From: Narcine bancroftii
Lineage: Eukaryota
Assembly (NCBI RefSeq): GCF_036971445.1
Contig: NC_091474.1
Span: 151,404,001 to 151,468,000, forward strand
Reading direction: 5' to 3'
Length of the DNA: 64,000 nt
In this document: piece by piece, positions 12,160-25,250 of the stretch
Layout of the letters: every line of letters starts with the position of its first letter
Position numbering within the stretch: position 1 is the stretch's first letter
Notes under the pieces: generated by a model
What the model was told of the DNA's origin: nothing
The model's input: the letters and a program-made list of their open reading frames with translations, nothing else
Database searches by the model: none
Translations under genes and position numbers: made by a program

Positions 12160-12420
12160 ACTTCACAATCAAGTCCCTTTCCAATGCAGCCACACTTGTT
12201 GTGTCAAGAAATGTGACTGCTGCTATGTACAGAACAATATCCCAATTAGGCAAAAAAAGTAATGACCTTTGTAATATTACTTTTGGGATAAATATTCTCC
12301 TGGACAGTGACGAGAAGGCTCTTGCATTTTTTTTCGATTATGGGTTAGGATACTTTGGAGAACAGAGGAGCCAGACGAGGTTTTGATTTGGTGCTGCATC
12401 CAAGAGAGCAGTGCACTGAA
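12160..12420 (-). mobile_element. Ancient Deu-domain SINE remnant (SacSINE1-like)
   Basis: Degenerate similarity by eye to a Deu-SINE core (GGGATAAATATT..CC.GGACA). Similar remnants at ~20000-20200 and 33820-34090. Confidence 0.4.
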
Positions 12421-12544
12421 GTATCAGTCGAGGCAAATGGTTCTTCACCCTGCATCAAAATCAGGACTGTCAGGCTGGGAAATTGCTTCTTCCTACAGGC
12501 AGAGAGATTGATGAATGGTATTCTGCAACCTTGTAGTGAACACA

Positions 12545-13365
12545 CAAAAGTCTGTAGATGTAGCGATTGAATTAAAACACAATGCTGGAGAAACTCAGCA
12601 GGTCAAACAGCGTACTTTATAGAGCAAAGGTACATCAATGTTTTGGGCTTGAGCCCTTCATCAAGGTGTGAGTGAAATATAGGTAGGGGTCTGAATAAAA
12701 TGGTTTGGGAGGGAGGAGCACAAGCTCACAGGCAAGTGGCAATATGTGGGTAAGTGGGTGGGGGCACAAAAGAGAACAAGGGGAAGGGAATAGCTCTGTG
12801 AATGGAGAGGGAAGGGGTGAGGAGATGGAAGAAAGGAGACAGAGGGATAGGGAAGCGTGGGAGAACAGGGAGCAATCTGGCAGAAACTGGAGGTCAATGT
12901 TAATCTCCCAGTGGCCAACCATTCCAATTCTGCACCCTACTCCCACACCGACATGTCTGTCTGTGAACTCATCCACCGCCAAACCAGGGCCCCTGTAGAT
13001 TAGAGGAGCAGCACCTAATATCCACTTGGCACTTTCCAACCAGATGGCATCAACGTCGACTTCTCCAATTTCCGCTCAACAACTCCCTGCTTTCCCCCAT
13101 CACTCTCTCCCCTTTTCTCCAGCTCTGCCCCTCCCCTCTTCATTCACACAGCTATCCCCTTTCTCTGTTTTCTCTTGTGCCCTCCCTCCCTCATTCATCT
13201 GTTATCTCTTGCCTGCGTGCCTATGGTCCTCCCCCACTCCATTTTATTCAGGGGTCTGCCAACATTTTGCTCATACCTTGATGACGGGCTCAAGCATGAA
13301 AAGTTGGTTAAGTATTTCAGCTGTTGGATCTTGTGAGCTTCTCCAGCATTGTGTTTTTACTTCTG
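12545..13365. mobile_element. Inverted pair of Penelope-like 3' ends (~800-bp fold-back)
   Basis: The left arm (-) and right arm (+) both end in the same terminal repeat (ACACAATGCTGGAGAA... / ...TTCTCCAGCATTGTGT). The right arm carries the endonuclease C-terminus (PVANH.NS..HSHTDMSV...LEEQHLI...QPDGINVDFSNF). Confidence 0.85.
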
Positions 13366-13721
13366 TAAGCTTGAGTGGCTTATAAATGTACTGAGTATTT
13401 TTTATGGAATATTTATTCATATTTATCATATTATATATTTATGTGTGTATGCGATTATTATGTGCTGTGGGAGAAATATATTAAGTGTTCATGTGTGTGC
13501 ACTGTGGTCTGGAGAAATGGTGTTTTGACTGGTTGTACATGTAGTCTGATAATAATGAACTTGTATCAGTCCCACCCACAGTTCAAGTTTCCTTTACTTA
13601 CTGAGACCAGCTATAGCAAAACCATGGAGCCATGGATCACAAGTGAGGAGATTGGAGGCAGTTGGTAGGGAGATGGCAAGCTTGATCCCCTGCCCAGACC
13701 AATGAAAGGACTTTTATTTAA

Positions 13722-14470
13722 TTTTCAGATTTATTGTCAGAGTACATACATGATATCACATATAACCCTGAGATCCTTTTTCCTGTGGGCCAGACAGAGT
13801 TACCGCTTATTGGTGATGCAAAAAAAACTGTACTCAACATGCACATATAAACAAATAAAGAAATGCAAACAAATGGATTGTGCGACATAGAGACAGAAAA
13901 AAAATCAAGCAAGTGCAAGAGTCTTTAAATAGGTTCTTGATTGAGTTTGTGGTTGAGGAGTCTGATAGTGAAGCAGCTGTTCCTGCACCTGGTGGTGTGA
14001 CACTTGTGGCACCTATACCTCTTTCCTGATGGTAGCAGCAAGAACAGGGTGTGTGCTGAGTGATGTGGATCCTTGATGATTGATGCTGCTCTCCGACAAC
14101 AGTGTTTCCATAGATGTTATCAATGGTGAGAAGGTGATGTCCTGGGCTGTATCCACTACCTTTTGCAAGGCTTTACACTCTGAGGTATTGGTGTCCCCAT
14201 ACCAGACCATGATGCAGCCGATCAGCACACTTTCCACCACACATCTGTTGAAAGTTGCCAGAGTTTTGATGTCATACCAAAGCTCCACAACTCCAGAGGA
14301 AGTAGAGGCACTGACGTGCTTTCTTCATGAGGCCATTAGGGTGTTGGGTCCAGGAAAGATCCTCCAAGGTAATGACTACTATGAACTTAAATTTGCTCAC
14401 CCTCTTCACCTCTGATCCACCAATGCTCAGCGGATCATACACCTCTGGTTTTCCCTTCCTGAAGTCAACA
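13722..14470 (-). mobile_element. Rex1/Babar-like LINE 3' fragment
   Basis: Minus-strand ORF FNRCVVESVLIGCIMVWYG..ECKALQKVVDTAQDI. The 3' tail is GACAATAAATCTGA. Confidence 0.8.
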
Positions 14471-14623
14471 GCTTCTTGACGGGTTCATCAAACTTACAGC
14501 TGTGTTTTACATAGTATTTGCTTATTATGTTGGTAATATTGATCTTTACTGCAGACCCCTCATAACAAACCTGCAATGGTCCAGTGAACAAGTAACCACA
14601 GGTTGAGAAATACTGGTCTAGAC

Positions 14624-14826
14624 CAGTCATCTTCAACGGGGCCACAGCACATTTAAAGGGAGGCATGAACTGAAACAATAAAATATTTTTCATGCTTTTT
14701 TAAAATGTAGTTGGTAGGACTGAAGTATAGAAGAAACCAACTAAATTTGACTGCTTCACAGGGAAGGGGGCCAATAAACTTTGAGCAGAATCCTAATGGG
14801 GCCATAGCCAAGTTTAAGAATGGCTG
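14624..14826. mobile_element. hAT-type MITE, 203 bp
   Basis: Ends CAGTCATCTTCAAC / GTTTAAGAATGGCTG. Perfect palindromic 8-bp TSD GTCTAGAC (14616-14623, 14827-14834). It abuts the end of another hAT-like MITE (GGTTGAGAAATACTG, ending 14615). Confidence 0.8.
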
Positions 14827-14986
14827 GTCTAGACCATATATTGAAAACTTTGGATTGCAAATTTGACCCAGCACTCTGATCCAAAGGAAGGAACAGTACT
14901 GCTGAGTTATGGTGATGAGTTTACTTACACCCATAGCAGAAGTTTCTCCAGTTTTCACCCCGTTCATCAAGTGAGTAACATCAAGG

Positions 14987-15263
14987 TGTTACAGGGTATA
15001 TTATATAATATATTAATATGGCTTTAAAAAAGATAGATTGTTGGGGGGGGGTTTAGTGTGTAGGTCACTTCACAAACAAGTAACACTTCACAAAAAGATA
15101 TCTCATTTGAAATACAAGAACTTTGCTGAAAGTGAGATATTGAGGCACCAGTGCCTTTCCAAAGACAATGAAAATGGCTCAAAAGGGCTCAAGTGCTGAT
15201 AAAGATCTTTCAGAGATTGGGTTTGGAGCCTTGGAAGTGGTTGTTTGGTTTTTACAAGTAGCG

Positions 15264-15300
<37 letters not shown>

Positions 15301-15854
15301 CAGTGGCTTTTGGAGACAGGTTGTGAGTTCTGAGTTCAGCCTGTTGGAAAACCCTTGTCCTTCCAAGAGGAAATGGCTGGCGAGAGTTTTTCTTCCTGAA
15401 ATAAGGGGAACAAGAGGAACTCTAGTGACCTGGAAGAAGATGGGGAAAGTTTCTTTGGCAAGAAACTGAATTGGCTGAGTGGAGGAAATAATTTTGTGCA
15501 TGTCCAACGAGCAACAGATCTCTCTCTGAAACCAACTAGAACCATTTACCTTTAAACACCTGGTGAAAATTCATAAATGTTAAATTCTGTGCACAGTATA
15601 AGAATTGTCTGATACTGATGAACTTGGAGGAGTGAGAAGTGAAATTGGACTGTGAATCACAGGACTTTCCTGAACATAACACATTACATACATGAGCGCT
15701 TAGAATTAGAAGGGGGATTAGGTTAATAGAAATAAGTTAAAGTTTTATCTGTTTTTATGTTTAAAGAAAATTAAAAGCAACTTTTGTTTGAGTAACCATT
15801 GTCTTGGTGAATTTCTATTGCTGCTGAGTTTTGGGGCCCTCTGGACTCTTAACA
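14987..15854 (+). mobile_element. Solo LTR, 868 bp (Gypsy/ERV type), containing a (GA)n tract
   Basis: TGTTA...TAACA termini, 4-bp flanks AAGG/AAGA, and ATTAAA near the 3' end. Confidence 0.72.
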
Positions 15855-16255
15855 AAGACAAACACACTGATGGACAAATGTATTTATCTTCAAAATGAAA
15901 AATGCATGCAGAATAATTTAAGACATGACCAACTAAACAAGATAGAGATGATTGAATTCTCTAATTTGTTCCATCGAAGGCATTAACATCTAACGGCAAA
16001 ATGAATCCCCAGGGTGAAAGAGAGCAGAGATTACCAGTGATAAGCTACATTACTGATGAAAGAGAGGATTTGCTTTGTTGTTTGATTTTTTTTAAACAAG
16101 AAATAATTCTGCCAATTCCTTTGCTCTCATGAAAGAAAATAGCTCAGAGTCCATTTATGTTTCCCATTGTATGTAGGTTTACAATTCCAATTTCATTGGT
16201 ACAAATTTTAATAGAATAGCAGTTGAATGTGTAACAACACAAAGTAGCCTCTCAG

Positions 16256-16286
16256 GTTGCATAGTAACAGGGTTTCCAATAGCAAC
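16256..16286. promoter_or_regulatory. Tandem RFX X-box-like motifs
   Basis: GTTGCATAGTAAC (16256-16268) and GTTTCCAATAGCAAC (16272-16286), 3 bp apart in repeat-free sequence. Confidence 0.5.
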
Positions 16287-17599
16287 AAGGTGCCATTCTG
16301 TTCCTCTTCATTGCTGCTGTTATGCTCAGACACAATTACTAAATGAAGGTTACCAGCTGGCCAATATCATCGCCAAATGTCCAAGTGCATCGATTGAATT
16401 TCAGGATGACTAAAAGGATCTCTCTTCTGCTGTGGTTATTCCAAATATTAGTGGATTAGTCAAAATGCTAATTCAGCTGCAAGTCAGTAGTCTATCTCTG
16501 CAAATTAAAGTACATGAGCCGAGCAGTCAGACTTAATTATGCATAAAAGTGATTGACTTGGGATAGATCACATTAGCAATTATTTTTGAGTGAAAATGCA
16601 CCCATGGGGAATTTGGCTTGCCCGCTTCCTTTTTACGATTTCCCTTTGAGTGGGGAATGATGACCCAGTATCATTCATGTAGCCAGTGGCACTGCATGTT
16701 AAGGTTGCATGGTTTCTTTACTGCCAAGAGACATCTGACCTCTTTGGGGTAACTTACCAACCTTGCTGTGCCTCACAGGAAAATCTGCAAGGTTCAAGAA
16801 TGTGGCAGCAAATAACATCGAAGTTCAGTGCACTGTCTCCCAAGCTCACTGCAATGTCACTAAATTCAATGCTCCTTTCATTTGTTACATCCTTTTGTTC
16901 AGATCACTTCAAAAGTGTAACTTGCAGTCACTTGCTTCTTGATCACCCTGCACCTCACACTGGCTTGTGTAATTTATGGCAGGGAAGTCAATCAAATAAC
17001 CCTGCAGCAGTACCCGACGACACAGAAGGATGCCATGTGTCCCCTGCCCTTACCTCCTGCAAGTCTCTTCTGCTGCTGTACTGCTGCCAAGAGCTCTTCC
17101 ATTCTGATTCAGTGATCACACAGCAGCTACAAGTTCTGCATGAAATTCCCAAGGGGAGACACAAGAGTTTTCACTTAAACACATGAATTGTGAGGTAAAA
17201 TGCCAGAACTCTTCTTTTTGTGGATTTTTGACCAAATTCACTAATTTTTATGAAATCTAAGTAGCCATTAGTTCAAGACCCAAGGGATGCTTGGTGCAGC
17301 AAGAGGGTGAAACCTAATTTCTAGGCAATCGTTCTGTTGGATAAACTTGTAATGATAGGCTGGATTTTCATTTTAACAGGATAATTCTGGAAGAATGAGC
17401 TTTAATTGTTGGAATAGCAGATGATCTAGGGAGACAACTATTATTGTTCCTGAGGGATCTAACAAGGGCCTCACATCAATAGTATCCTCTTTCTCTTCTT
17501 TATAGGGGTGGTGCACCAGTCACGTCTCTTAGTGTGCCTTTATGGGCAAGCTAAAGTTAACAATTTTTGGTATCTATGTAGAACAATGAAGGAACCTTG

Positions 17600-18045
17600 T
17601 ACCTAAGTGGTGTCTTAACGATAGGATTTACTCACATTTGAAAAAGCACAAGCTGATTGGGGATTATTAGCAGTGCTTTAAGAGGGGCAGGTCATGTCTT
17701 ACAAGCATGATTGAGGTTTTTGAGGTGATTACAGAGATAATTGATGAGGGTAAGACAGTGGATTTTACTAAGGCATGTGTACCTCATGGTAAGATGACCC
17801 AGAAGATTAAGACACATGGTGACTTGGCAGATTGGATTCAAAATTGGTCACAGAGGATAAGAGTAGAGATAGTGATGGATGCAGATGGCATAGTGATGTT
17901 TAAAAGGCATTTAGATATGTACCTGAACATGCGGGGAATGGAGAGCTATGAATTACGTGTAGGCAAATGGATTTAGTTTAGTTTGGTAAGTTGCTGGCAC
18001 AGACATAGTGGGCCGGTTCCTGTGCTGTGCTGTTCTAAGTTCTGA
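17600..18045 (+). mobile_element. Internally deleted CR1 fragment
   Basis: Motifs GRSCLT, VDFTKA..VPHG and WIQNW, followed by a CR1 3' tail (GTTCCTGTGCTGTGCTGTTCTA). Confidence 0.7.
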
Positions 18046-18599
18046 GAGTTACTTCAGAGGTGCAGCTAGAAATAATAATATTGCGACTTTTGAGTTCAAA
18101 TGCTGGTTACGTACATTTGTGAGTCCTCTTGCCATGTTAGATTCAGTGAGTTGTTAATTTATACATATATTGCTTTTGTTTTTTTATTAAATTACTTTCA
18201 CTCTAAAGAATGATGGGTTCCCTTTATCATTTCAGACAAAAACAGTGATTTTCATCATTTGGAACAAAGAAGGGAAAGAGCAGACTTCGTGAAATTGTAG
18301 AAGGTCAAGTTGCCCTGAACTGAATATCACCCACGTTGATGAAACTGCTGTGTTGAGAAGCAAATCTTCCATTGTGCTAATAATGACTGACTTATTGACA
18401 GCACTGGTGATCAGGAGGTGACACAATCTGCAGTCTCCTCTTACAGAGGACGTTTAGCCAAAATAAGCAATTTGGCTCATGGCAACATTCACTTGTGGGA
18501 CTTGACAACTGGGCTGCTGGAGGTCATCAGGGTGGAGTGGGGAGTTGGGCAGATACACCCAAAATATTTAATCTTTTTCACAACTTGATAGTAGTGTCA

Positions 18600-19694
18600 A
18601 GAGACTAGTCGGGAGACTACGACTGTTTTAGAGGATATACTATATTCAAAATTCCCTCCAAAAGGTGTGATATCTAAATTATATAATATAATTACAAAAA
18701 TAAATTCTGAGACTTTTGAAAAGTTTAAAAATGATTGGGAAAGAGAACTCAACCTTCATATTTCTAATGAAAATTGGAATAAAATTCTGCGACTGGTAAA
18801 CTCTTCTTCTCTATGTGCAAAACATTCACTAATACAGTTTAAAGTTGTTCATAGAGCTCATATGTCTAAAGATAAACTCCATCGCTTTTATTCTCATATC
18901 GATCCTATATGTGATAAATGTCAATTGGAAATAGCTTCCCTTACACATATGTTTTGGTCCTGTCCCTCTTTACAGAATTATTGGAAGGAATTTTTTTCCA
19001 TTATATCTACTGTTTTGAATATTGATTAACAACCACATCCCATTACTGCAATTTTTGGATTACCTATGATAGATTTGACTTATTTATCTCTTCCTGCGGA
19101 TCGTATGATTGCTTTTCTTACACTAATGGCTAGAAGATCTATACTATTAAATTGGAAAGAGGTAAATCCTCCCACTGTTTTCCAATGGTTTACCCAAACC
19201 ATACTATGTTTAAATTTAGAGAAAATTAGAAACTCTGTCTATGAATCCCCTTCTAAGTTTGAGTTAACCTGGCGACCATTTATTCAATATTTTCATTTGT
19301 GGTGAGTTGATCTGGCTCTGTTTTCTTTCTATGATTATGTTTGATAATTGGGCTGTAAGATGAGATCGGAGTGATCGGCGTGGTTTAGCTATATCTGTAG
19401 GTTTTTTTTTAAGTTTTTTTTTAAGTTTTTTTTAAATTCAGATTTGTTTTTTCTTCTTTTTTGGGTTTTTTTTTCTCTTTTTTCATATATTGTTATTAAT
19501 TATATCTTTTTTTTTAGAGATAGTTCACACCCTAAACTGATCAAAAAAATTTTTTTATGATATATTTTTATTCTGTAATATTATTGTTTAATATCTCTGT
19601 ATTAATTCATTACTTACTATGTATTTTTTTTATATCTCTTTGAACTGTATGTGTTTATAAATTATAATAATAATAAAAAGATTGAAAAAGAAAA
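18600..19694 (+). mobile_element. 5'-truncated L1-clade LINE with 13-bp TSD
   Basis: ORF2 C-terminus with zinc knuckle (CDKC...HMFWSC), T-rich 3'UTR, AATAAA and an A-rich tail. TSD GATAGTAGTGTCA at 18587-18599 and 19695-19707. Confidence 0.92.
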
Positions 19695-21284
19695 GATAGT
19701 AGTGTCACCTGTTATATGTTAGTCCAAACCTAGGTGCAGTCTAGGCCTAGCTGAAATGGACTATGACAACAATGGATTAATTTCTAATGGAGTTGAGGGA
19801 TGAGGTACATGGGAGTGATCAAATGATTGCCTTGAGGAACTCCTGCAAACACCATCTTGAACCAATTAAGATTCATTATCCAGAAAGATCACATTAGATG
19901 CACAGGTTTTACATCAAAGTATTATTTTTTTTAAAAATAAGCCCTGAATTTATATATTCTCTTTCATAACCTCACTACTTCCCAAAGTGCATTACAAGTG
20001 CAATTCCACTTGCAATATAGGAAATGGTGTGCAATATACCAATAGCCAGGCATGTTGCTTTGGGAAATAAGTGGTAAACATGGGTCAAGATTTGTGAACA
20101 ATTCCCTTGGACTTCAGCTTCAAAACAAAAATGCCATGCAATCTTTCTGGTACACCAGAGGGAGGCAGGGCTCAATGCAATGTTTCATCTCAAGGCCAGC
20201 AAAGTGGAACAACAAATGAAAACAAATTTAACCTTCATCATAATGAGTTAAACCATGCAGTGAAATCACAAGATTCTGCTTGTCAGTTTCTAGTAACTGT
20301 GTTGTGAAGAAGAGCATCATTTATCACAATCCACTGATTAGGATAAAACTGGACTTCATATTTATTTCAGCATTTTGTTCTGTGCCACAAATCATGGGAG
20401 CATTTCAATTATTTGACTGTCGGAATGTTAATGATAATATTTTGTAGCCATGGTATCAATCTATCAAATTACTGTACATACAGTACAGCTTTTCAAAGTG
20501 ATTGCTGAACTCAGCAGTTATTGTTCACATTTTAATACTTCATTGCAAATTGGATTAAAACAGCAAAATCCCACTTTAAAAATAATATTTTGGAAAATAT
20601 ACAACTACACAGTAATTCCCCCTCCCCCACAACTTCCAAAAGTTAATTAACATCACTATGGTGGCCACGATGCATCATAAAAATTCCATACACCATGACA
20701 ACAACTAAACTTATAAGATTCTGTGTTCAACATTGTTGCTCAGAAAAGGAATTCCAATTCCAAATCAGGTGCTACTGAATACTGAGCAACTGGCTTGGCC
20801 TTCTGGCAGATTGGACTTGCTGTCAATGTGCCATGTAGCAAGTATTTCATTTATAGAAGGAGAATGGAAAAAAAATGCTGCTTTTTAGATCTGAGCAAAC
20901 TTGTCTCACTGCAGAGCTGCAGGTTATTTCTAACATTGTGTTGTGAGTTCTTCATTGGCATTCCCTTGGGATTGAGGATGACATGTTCCCACTGTGGCTG
21001 TAGTGTATGTGCTCAGCAGGAGTGTGTACATTGCAGCCCCGCGAGTCTCTGCCTACCAGTCTCCCTCTCACTATTCATCGAGTCAACTGCTTTGTGCACA
21101 GACTGAGAGACTCAGGACTTTGATGGATTTACATGAGAAGTTTGTGTTATATTCCTATCACCACAAATCCAGTTATCTTTACCCAGGAGCTTTTAAATTA
21201 CAAATAATACTTCTACTTACGCTGTATTTGTTAATATCATTAGACTATGATCCAGATGTACTTTTGAATCATTAACATCTTACA

Positions 21285-21530
21285 ACCAACTATTTCTACT
21301 ACCATCGGGGAAAAGGTACAAGAGCCTAAAGATGAGCACTCAGCGGCACAAGGACGGCTTCTTCCCCACCGCCATCAGATTCCTGAATAATCAATGAACC
21401 AAAGACACTGCCTTACTTTTTGTGCACATTATTTTTTTTATTGATAGTAATGTGGTAAGATGATTGTAATATGAATGTTTCTACTATGAGGCTAGCACAA
21501 AACACCAGATTACATGACAATCATTCTAAG
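21285..21530 (+). mobile_element. Rex1/Babar-like 3' fragment
   Basis: Encodes LLPSGKRYKSLK...HKDGFFPTAIRFLN, highly similar to 23870-24060. Confidence 0.7.
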
Positions 21531-21970
21531 ATACTGAAAAGGACAAAATGATATCAAAGCAGTGTCTGCTCACTCTCTTCTTCCCCATACTCCATCACTC
21601 CTCTTCCAACTAATGGGATTAATTGGAAAACATTGCAAACAACCAGCACACAAATGCTGCACTAAATCTTTCAATGCTGCCACATTCTGCCCACTCCATG
21701 ATGCAACCATTAATCCACTCACCAACGTGCATCTGTTATGCATTGTGCAAGCAGTATGTAGCAGCTAAAGCTTGAGTATTAATAATGGAAGTCATGAGGA
21801 AGGAGCAGGGGAGTGGACAAGAATCAAACTGGGCCAGAAAGATAAGCGAGCTAGTTTGAAGCTGCAGAGAGGCTGTTAAGAGTTTGGAGCAGGGGTGGGG
21901 GGGGGGGGGGTAAAGAATAGATGGATGGACATAGGGAACATCTGTTTGTTTAGGGATGCTCTTAAATATA

Positions 21971-22477
21971 CTGTATATTTCAGTGTATGAGTCGACCAGC
22001 AGATAGGTCAACCCTCCTTTTACGTTATATCCAACGTACAAGTTGACTCCCATATTTCAGACTGTCAGGGCCTCACAGGAAGAAAACAAAAATTTTTAAG
22101 ACACCTCAATCGCAAGTAACAAAGCTGTAAATTAAGTAAGTAAAAAAAAAACCTAAGCCTACCAGGTAGCAGCAGTGACGGCCCACAGAGCTGGAGCGGC
22201 GACATCGTGCTCCCGGTGGAAGCAGGAACCTCAGCCTACCAGGCAGGAGTGGCGATAGCAACCTCAGGGTCCTAGGTAGGAGTGGTGTCGGGAAGTGGCA
22301 GCATCGGTGGTGAGGAGGTGCTTCCAGCATGACTCATACACCATATCGACGTCAATCTGTTTTTTTCTTGGTGAATTTAAGGACTCAAAAGTATACCTGG
22401 TGTATGTTGACCCCACCCCCCCTCCACTTCTGAGAATTTTTTTTTAGGGTTTCATGACTCATTCACCAAATATACAG
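21971..22477. mobile_element. Tc1/mariner-superfamily (Tc2/pogo-like) MITE
   Basis: TIRs CTGTATATTTCAGTGTATGAGTC / GACTCATTCACCAAATATACAG, preceded by TA, with a GC-rich repetitive interior. Confidence 0.7.
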
Positions 22478-22784
22478 TTAATGGTCTCCTCCTGTCCTCT
22501 AATATTTTGATGACTGATTAAGTACAATTTTGGTGCTCATCTAACAAAGGTGCAATGATTCGTTCATTCATCAAAGCAAATACAATATCTTAACAATGAT
22601 CCCCTACCCTCCATAACAGGTCCAAAACCATGCATCAATATGGACCAGAAATTTAATTGGACCAACTATATCACTGCTATCGTTAGAATGAAAAACAGTC
22701 TGTGGCATGACTTAATTTTTTTTTTGACTTACTAACTTTCTGCCATCCACAAGGAACAAGTCAGGATTGTAATAGAATTAACTT

Positions 22785-23400
22785 CAAAAGTGCTGGAGAA
22801 ACACAGCAAGTCTTGCAGTATCTATAGGAAGTAAAGGTTAACCAATGTTTCAGGCCTGAGCCCTTCGTCAAGGACTAAGCAAAAAGCAGGCAGGTGCCAG
22901 GGGATATGGGGATAGGAGGAGGAAAGGAGGGAGGAAGGGGCTCAGGGAGAAGCACAGGCTATCAGGCAAGAGGATATAGGTTGATACAAGTGGGTTGGTA
23001 AAAGAGAAAGATGCTGAGAAGTGATCAGGAGAGGGTGTTAGTTCTCTGAATGGAGATGGAAGGAAGGGGCTAGGGATCTAGAAGAAAGAGGGATAGGGAA
23101 AGAGAGACCAGGCCAAGGGATTTAAAGAAAATTGGAGAAGTCGATGTTAATGCCGTCTGATTGGAGAGTGCCACACGGAATATTAGGTGTTGTTACTCCA
23201 ATTTTCAGGTTGCCTTGGGTTGGCAGTGCATGAGGCCAAGGACAGACATGTTGGTGTGGGAATAGTGTGTGGAATTAAAGTAGTTGGACACTGAGAGGGC
23301 CCTTTTATTGCAGTGGACAGAGCGAAGGTGTTCAATGAAACAGTCTCTTATCCTGGATCCAATTTCTCCATGATGCCACGATTGTTGGTAGAAGGACAAA
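22785..23400 (-). mobile_element. Penelope-like 3' fragment with terminal repeat
   Basis: Motif RIRDCFIEHLRSV...HSHTNMSVLGLMHCQ. Hammerhead-like CCTTGACGAAGGGCTCAGGCCTGAAAC on the minus strand at 22841-22875. Confidence 0.82.
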
Positions 23401-23424
23401 TGGCAATGAGGAAGCATACAGGAG

Positions 23425-24135
23425 GGAGATAGATCAACTCATTGAATGGTGTAACGAAGACAACAACCTTATGCTCAAAGTCAACAAAAGGAGATGATTC
23501 CGAAAGAAGTCATGGGAATACAACCCAGTCCTCATCGAGGGCTCAGTAGCAGAGAGGATCAAGAACTTCAAATTCCTGGGTGTCAGGATCTCTGAGGATG
23601 TGTCCTGGAGCCTCCATGTTAATGCTGTCACAAAGAAGGCTTGCAGTATGTCACCGAAGACTCTCATAAATTTCTGGCTGGTTGCATCACTAATTGGTAT
23701 AGAGACGACAACTCTCAGGTCAAGAATAAACTCAAGAGGACTATTAACTTAGCCTGTGACATCACAGGCACCAGACTTCACTCCATCGAGGATATCTACA
23801 TGAGTTGGTGTCTTAAAAAAGCAGCCTCTATCCTCAAAGACTCCCACCACCCAGGCCAAGCCCTCTTCACTCTGCTACCATCAGGGAAAAGGTACAGAAG
23901 CCTAAAGACGAGCATTCAACAGCACAAGGACAGCTTCTTCCCCACTGCCATCAGATTCCTAATCAATGAATCAAAGACACTGCCTTACTTTTCGTGCACG
24001 ATCATTCTATCTATTTATTTAATTAATTAATTTATAGTAATGTTGCAAGATGGTTATAATACAAATGTTTACACTATGATGCTTCCGCAAAGCATTGAAT
24101 TTTATGACTTGTTCCTGGCAATAAATTCTGGTTCT
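23425..24135 (+). mobile_element. Rex1/Babar-like LINE 3' part
   Basis: Motifs KNFKFLGV.ISEDVSW, GCITNWY and LLPSGKRYRS...DSFFPTAIRFL, with tail CAATAAATTCTG. Confidence 0.8.
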
Positions 24136-25250
24136 ACATGGACTTTAGTAAGGCCTTGAACAAGGATCCACATGGGAGGTTAGTCAGAAAGGTTCAGACT
24201 CTAAGTATTCGTGGAAGGTATTCAACTGGATTCAACACTGGCTGCACGGGAGAAGCCAAAGAGTGACAGTGGATGATTGGTTCTCCGACTGGATGGCTGT
24301 GATTTGTGTGCTTCAAGGATCAATGCTGGGACCATTGTTGTTTGTCATCAAAATTAATGATCTGGATGATAATGTGGTAAATTGGATCAGCAAGTTTGCA
24401 GATTGGAGGTACTGTGGACAGCGAGGAAGGCTTTCAAAGCATGCAGAGGGATCTGGGCCAGCTGGATAAATGTTCTGCAAAATGGCAGATGCAATTTTAT
24501 GTGGCTAATTTTGAGGTGTTGCATTTTAGAAGGACAAACTAAGAAAGGACATACACAGTAAATGGTAGGGCACTGAGGAGTGTGGTAGAACAGAGAGATC
24601 TGGAAATAAAAATACATAATTCCCTGAAAGTGGTATCACAGGTGGAAAGGGTTGTAAAGAACTTTTGGCTTATTGGCCTTCATAAATCAAAGTATTGAGT
24701 ATAGGAATTGGGATGTTATGCTAAAATTGTACAAGACATTAGTGAGGCTAAATTTGAAGTATTATGTGCAGTTTTTATCACCCAACTACAGGAAATACTG
24801 TAAATCAATAAGACTGAAAAAATGCAGAAAAGATTTACTCGGATGTTTCCTGGACTTCGGAAACCAAGTCACAGGGAAAGGTTAAACAGGTTAGAACTTT
24901 AGGTTAGGAGCATAGAAGAATGAGGGGAGATTAGACAGAGGTATTTAAGATTAGGAGGGGAGTAGATGTAGATAGGCTTTTTCCACTGAGGGTAGATGAG
25001 ACTTAAATAAACAGAGGACATGGATTAAGGGTGAAAGGGGAAATATTAGTGGGGGACCTCTTCACACAGAGAGTGGTGGGAGTATGGAATGACCTGCCAA
25101 CTGAAGTGGTGAATGCAGGCTCAATTTTAATTTTTAAGAAGAACTTGGCCAGGTACGTGGATGGGAGGGGTATGATCAGGGTGCTGGTCAGTGGAACTAG
25201 GCATGGGCTAGAAGGGCCGAAGAGCATTTCTATGCTGCATTGCCTGTGGT
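24135..25250 (+). mobile_element. CR1 LINE RT and 3' end
   Basis: Motifs QGSMLGPLLF, INDLDD, SKFAD, LYKTLVR and FTQRVVGVWNDLP, followed by a 3' tail. Confidence 0.87.

Noticed and set aside
16686-17186. 166-aa plus-strand ORF
   Set aside because: GTG start, no recognisable motif and no splice support.
22106-22330. GC-rich ORF or possible promoter
   Set aside because: It is the interior of the Tc2-like MITE at 21971-22477.
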